NCBI GenBank assembly: GCA_964629815.1
Contig: CAZVTA010000003.1
Location: 48,721-112,720, forward strand
Length of the DNA stretch: 64,000 nucleotides
Direction of reading: 5' to 3'
Source: an uncultured Candidatus Saccharibacteria bacterium
GTDB lineage: Bacteria > Patescibacteriota > Saccharimonadia > Saccharimonadales > AWTP1-31
In this document: in pieces, positions 63,179 through 64,000 of the stretch
Layout of the letters: each line of letters begins with the position of its first letter
Position numbering within the stretch: position 1 is the first letter of the stretch
The notes under the pieces: generated by a model
The model's database searches: none
Told to the model about the DNA's origin: nothing
The model's input: only the letters and a program-made list of their open reading frames with translations
Made by a program: the position numbers and the translations under genes

Positions 63179-64000
63179 GACATTGCAAATTCTTCTGTAT
63201 AAATGTTAGCATTTTTTGCACCCAGCTCAACGCAGTGTTTTCGGAGCGCTTTCATCATTGGTGGTGGTCCGCAAATCAAAATAGCTGCATGGGTGAGATC
63301 GCCCGATATATCGTGAATAGTTTTTCCGTTAAGGATGCCGTTTTTTTCTGCGTCGATAGGTATAAAACGAAAACCCCGGCTTTTCGCAAGTTCGACTATA
63401 TTGCTGTAGTCAATAAATTCAGCATGATTTTTCACGGAATAGTATAGATCTATCTGGTAGTCGCCACTTTTAAAATTGTGGATCATGGACAGAAACGGAG
63501 TTATGCCAATCCCGCCACCGATCCAAATTTGTCGTTTTTGAGGAATGAGTTGGTATTGAAATTTGCCGTAGGCGCCTTCTATTCTGACTGGTATATTTTT
63601 TGCGCTGGGTAGGCTCGACACAAGGCTGTGTGTGTAGTTGCCAAGATCTTTTATGGTGATTGTGATATTGCCAGAACTATCAATACTTGAAATAGAAAAT
63701 GGATGAAATTCACCCGAAAAACCATCTTGATTAAGTGCAATAAATACAAATTGTCCAGGTTTGAAGTTGGCATTCTTTGTAGTTTTTGGCGAAAGATGCA
63801 TGCGTAGAATATCCTTTTTAAGGAGTTCGCTGTGCGTGAGAATATAGTCGTAGCGGCGGACAAAGATTCGAGGCAAGAGCGTTCGATACACGAACGATGC
63901 GATACCCAAAACACATACACCAATCATCCAGTAGTGCAAGAAGGCGTCGTTTGTTACGTCGCTAGGTATGAAGAGGATATGGAGCGCGACAAACGCAAAC
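63175..64000 (-). CDS. ferric-reductase-like oxidoreductase, FAD/NAD(P)-binding part (5' end beyond window)
   Basis: Motifs are HPFSISS (FAD), GGGIGITPFLS (NAD) and CGPPPMM. The frame stays open upstream of M at 63939 to the window edge (...FAFVALHILFIPSDV...), consistent with a preceding heme-binding TM domain. Confidence 0.7.
   Translation of the reverse strand, partial: FAFVALHILFIPSDVTNDAFLHYWMIGVCVLGIASFVYRTLLPRIFVRRYDYILTHSELLKKDILRMHLSPKTTKNANFKPGQFVFIALNQDGFSGEFHPFSISSIDSSGNITITIKDLGNYTHSLVSSLPSAKNIPVRIEGAYGKFQYQLIPQKRQIWIGGGIGITPFLSMIHNFKSGDYQIDLYYSVKNHAEFIDYSNIVELAKSRGFRFIPIDAEKNGILNGKTIHDISGDLTHAAILICGPPPMMKALRKHCVELGAKNANIYTEEFAMS

Noticed and set aside
1-64000. Alternative genetic code (UGA recoding, as in some CPR lineages).
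   Set aside because: Conserved genes such as pcrA, the GNAT fusion and the b5 operon end at TGA at the expected lengths, and no family-motif gene is interrupted by in-frame TGA. The standard code fits.

Overview
This is a gene-dense chromosomal window with about 60 protein genes, one tRNA-Glu(UUC) and one tmRNA. I saw no rRNA, CRISPR array, transposase or integrase, and the standard genetic code fits all long ORFs. By inference it comes from a small-genome bacterium, most consistent with a Patescibacteria/CPR (Saccharibacteria-like) lineage. The supporting clues are a short AlaRS without a C-terminal domain, a pyk-pgk-tpiA block, many exported or wall-anchored proteins, LysM/CHAP and G5 wall hydrolases, and very few biosynthetic genes.

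Confident housekeeping calls are hisS, pyk, pgk, tpiA, pcrA/uvrD, rsmA, purC, metG, tatD, a cysteine desulfurase, mnmA, alaS, ftsA, ruvX, mltG, obg, a class II photolyase, sbcB, uvrA, dedA and rplY.

The items most worth a second look are:
1. An operon fusing a GNAT to a DapF-fold epimerase, translationally coupled to a VanX-type D-Ala-D-Ala dipeptidase (2180-4218), with a structured upstream region.
2. A GC-rich structured leader whose terminator hairpin contains the Shine-Dalgarno sequence (SD) and whose U-run touches the ATG of a hexapeptide-repeat transferase (42125-42316).
3. A three-gene operon at the window edge (62061-64000): a ferric-reductase-like FAD/NAD oxidoreductase, a membrane-anchored extracytoplasmic cytochrome b5 domain and an Ig-like exported protein.
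4. Three adjacent exported proteins beside the tmRNA (28595-34642): discoidin/Ig/FN3, a BNR beta-propeller and a DUF1996-like protein.
5. Two unknown genes plus a micro-membrane protein embedded in a phr-sbcB-uvrA repair neighbourhood.
6. A minimal SET-domain methyltransferase.
7. A tmRNA with a non-canonical T-loop.
8. A genome-style signature of leaderless-type starts, with a -10 box 6-11 nt upstream of the ATG at 14 or more genes.

All function calls rest on motifs read by eye. No database search was run.
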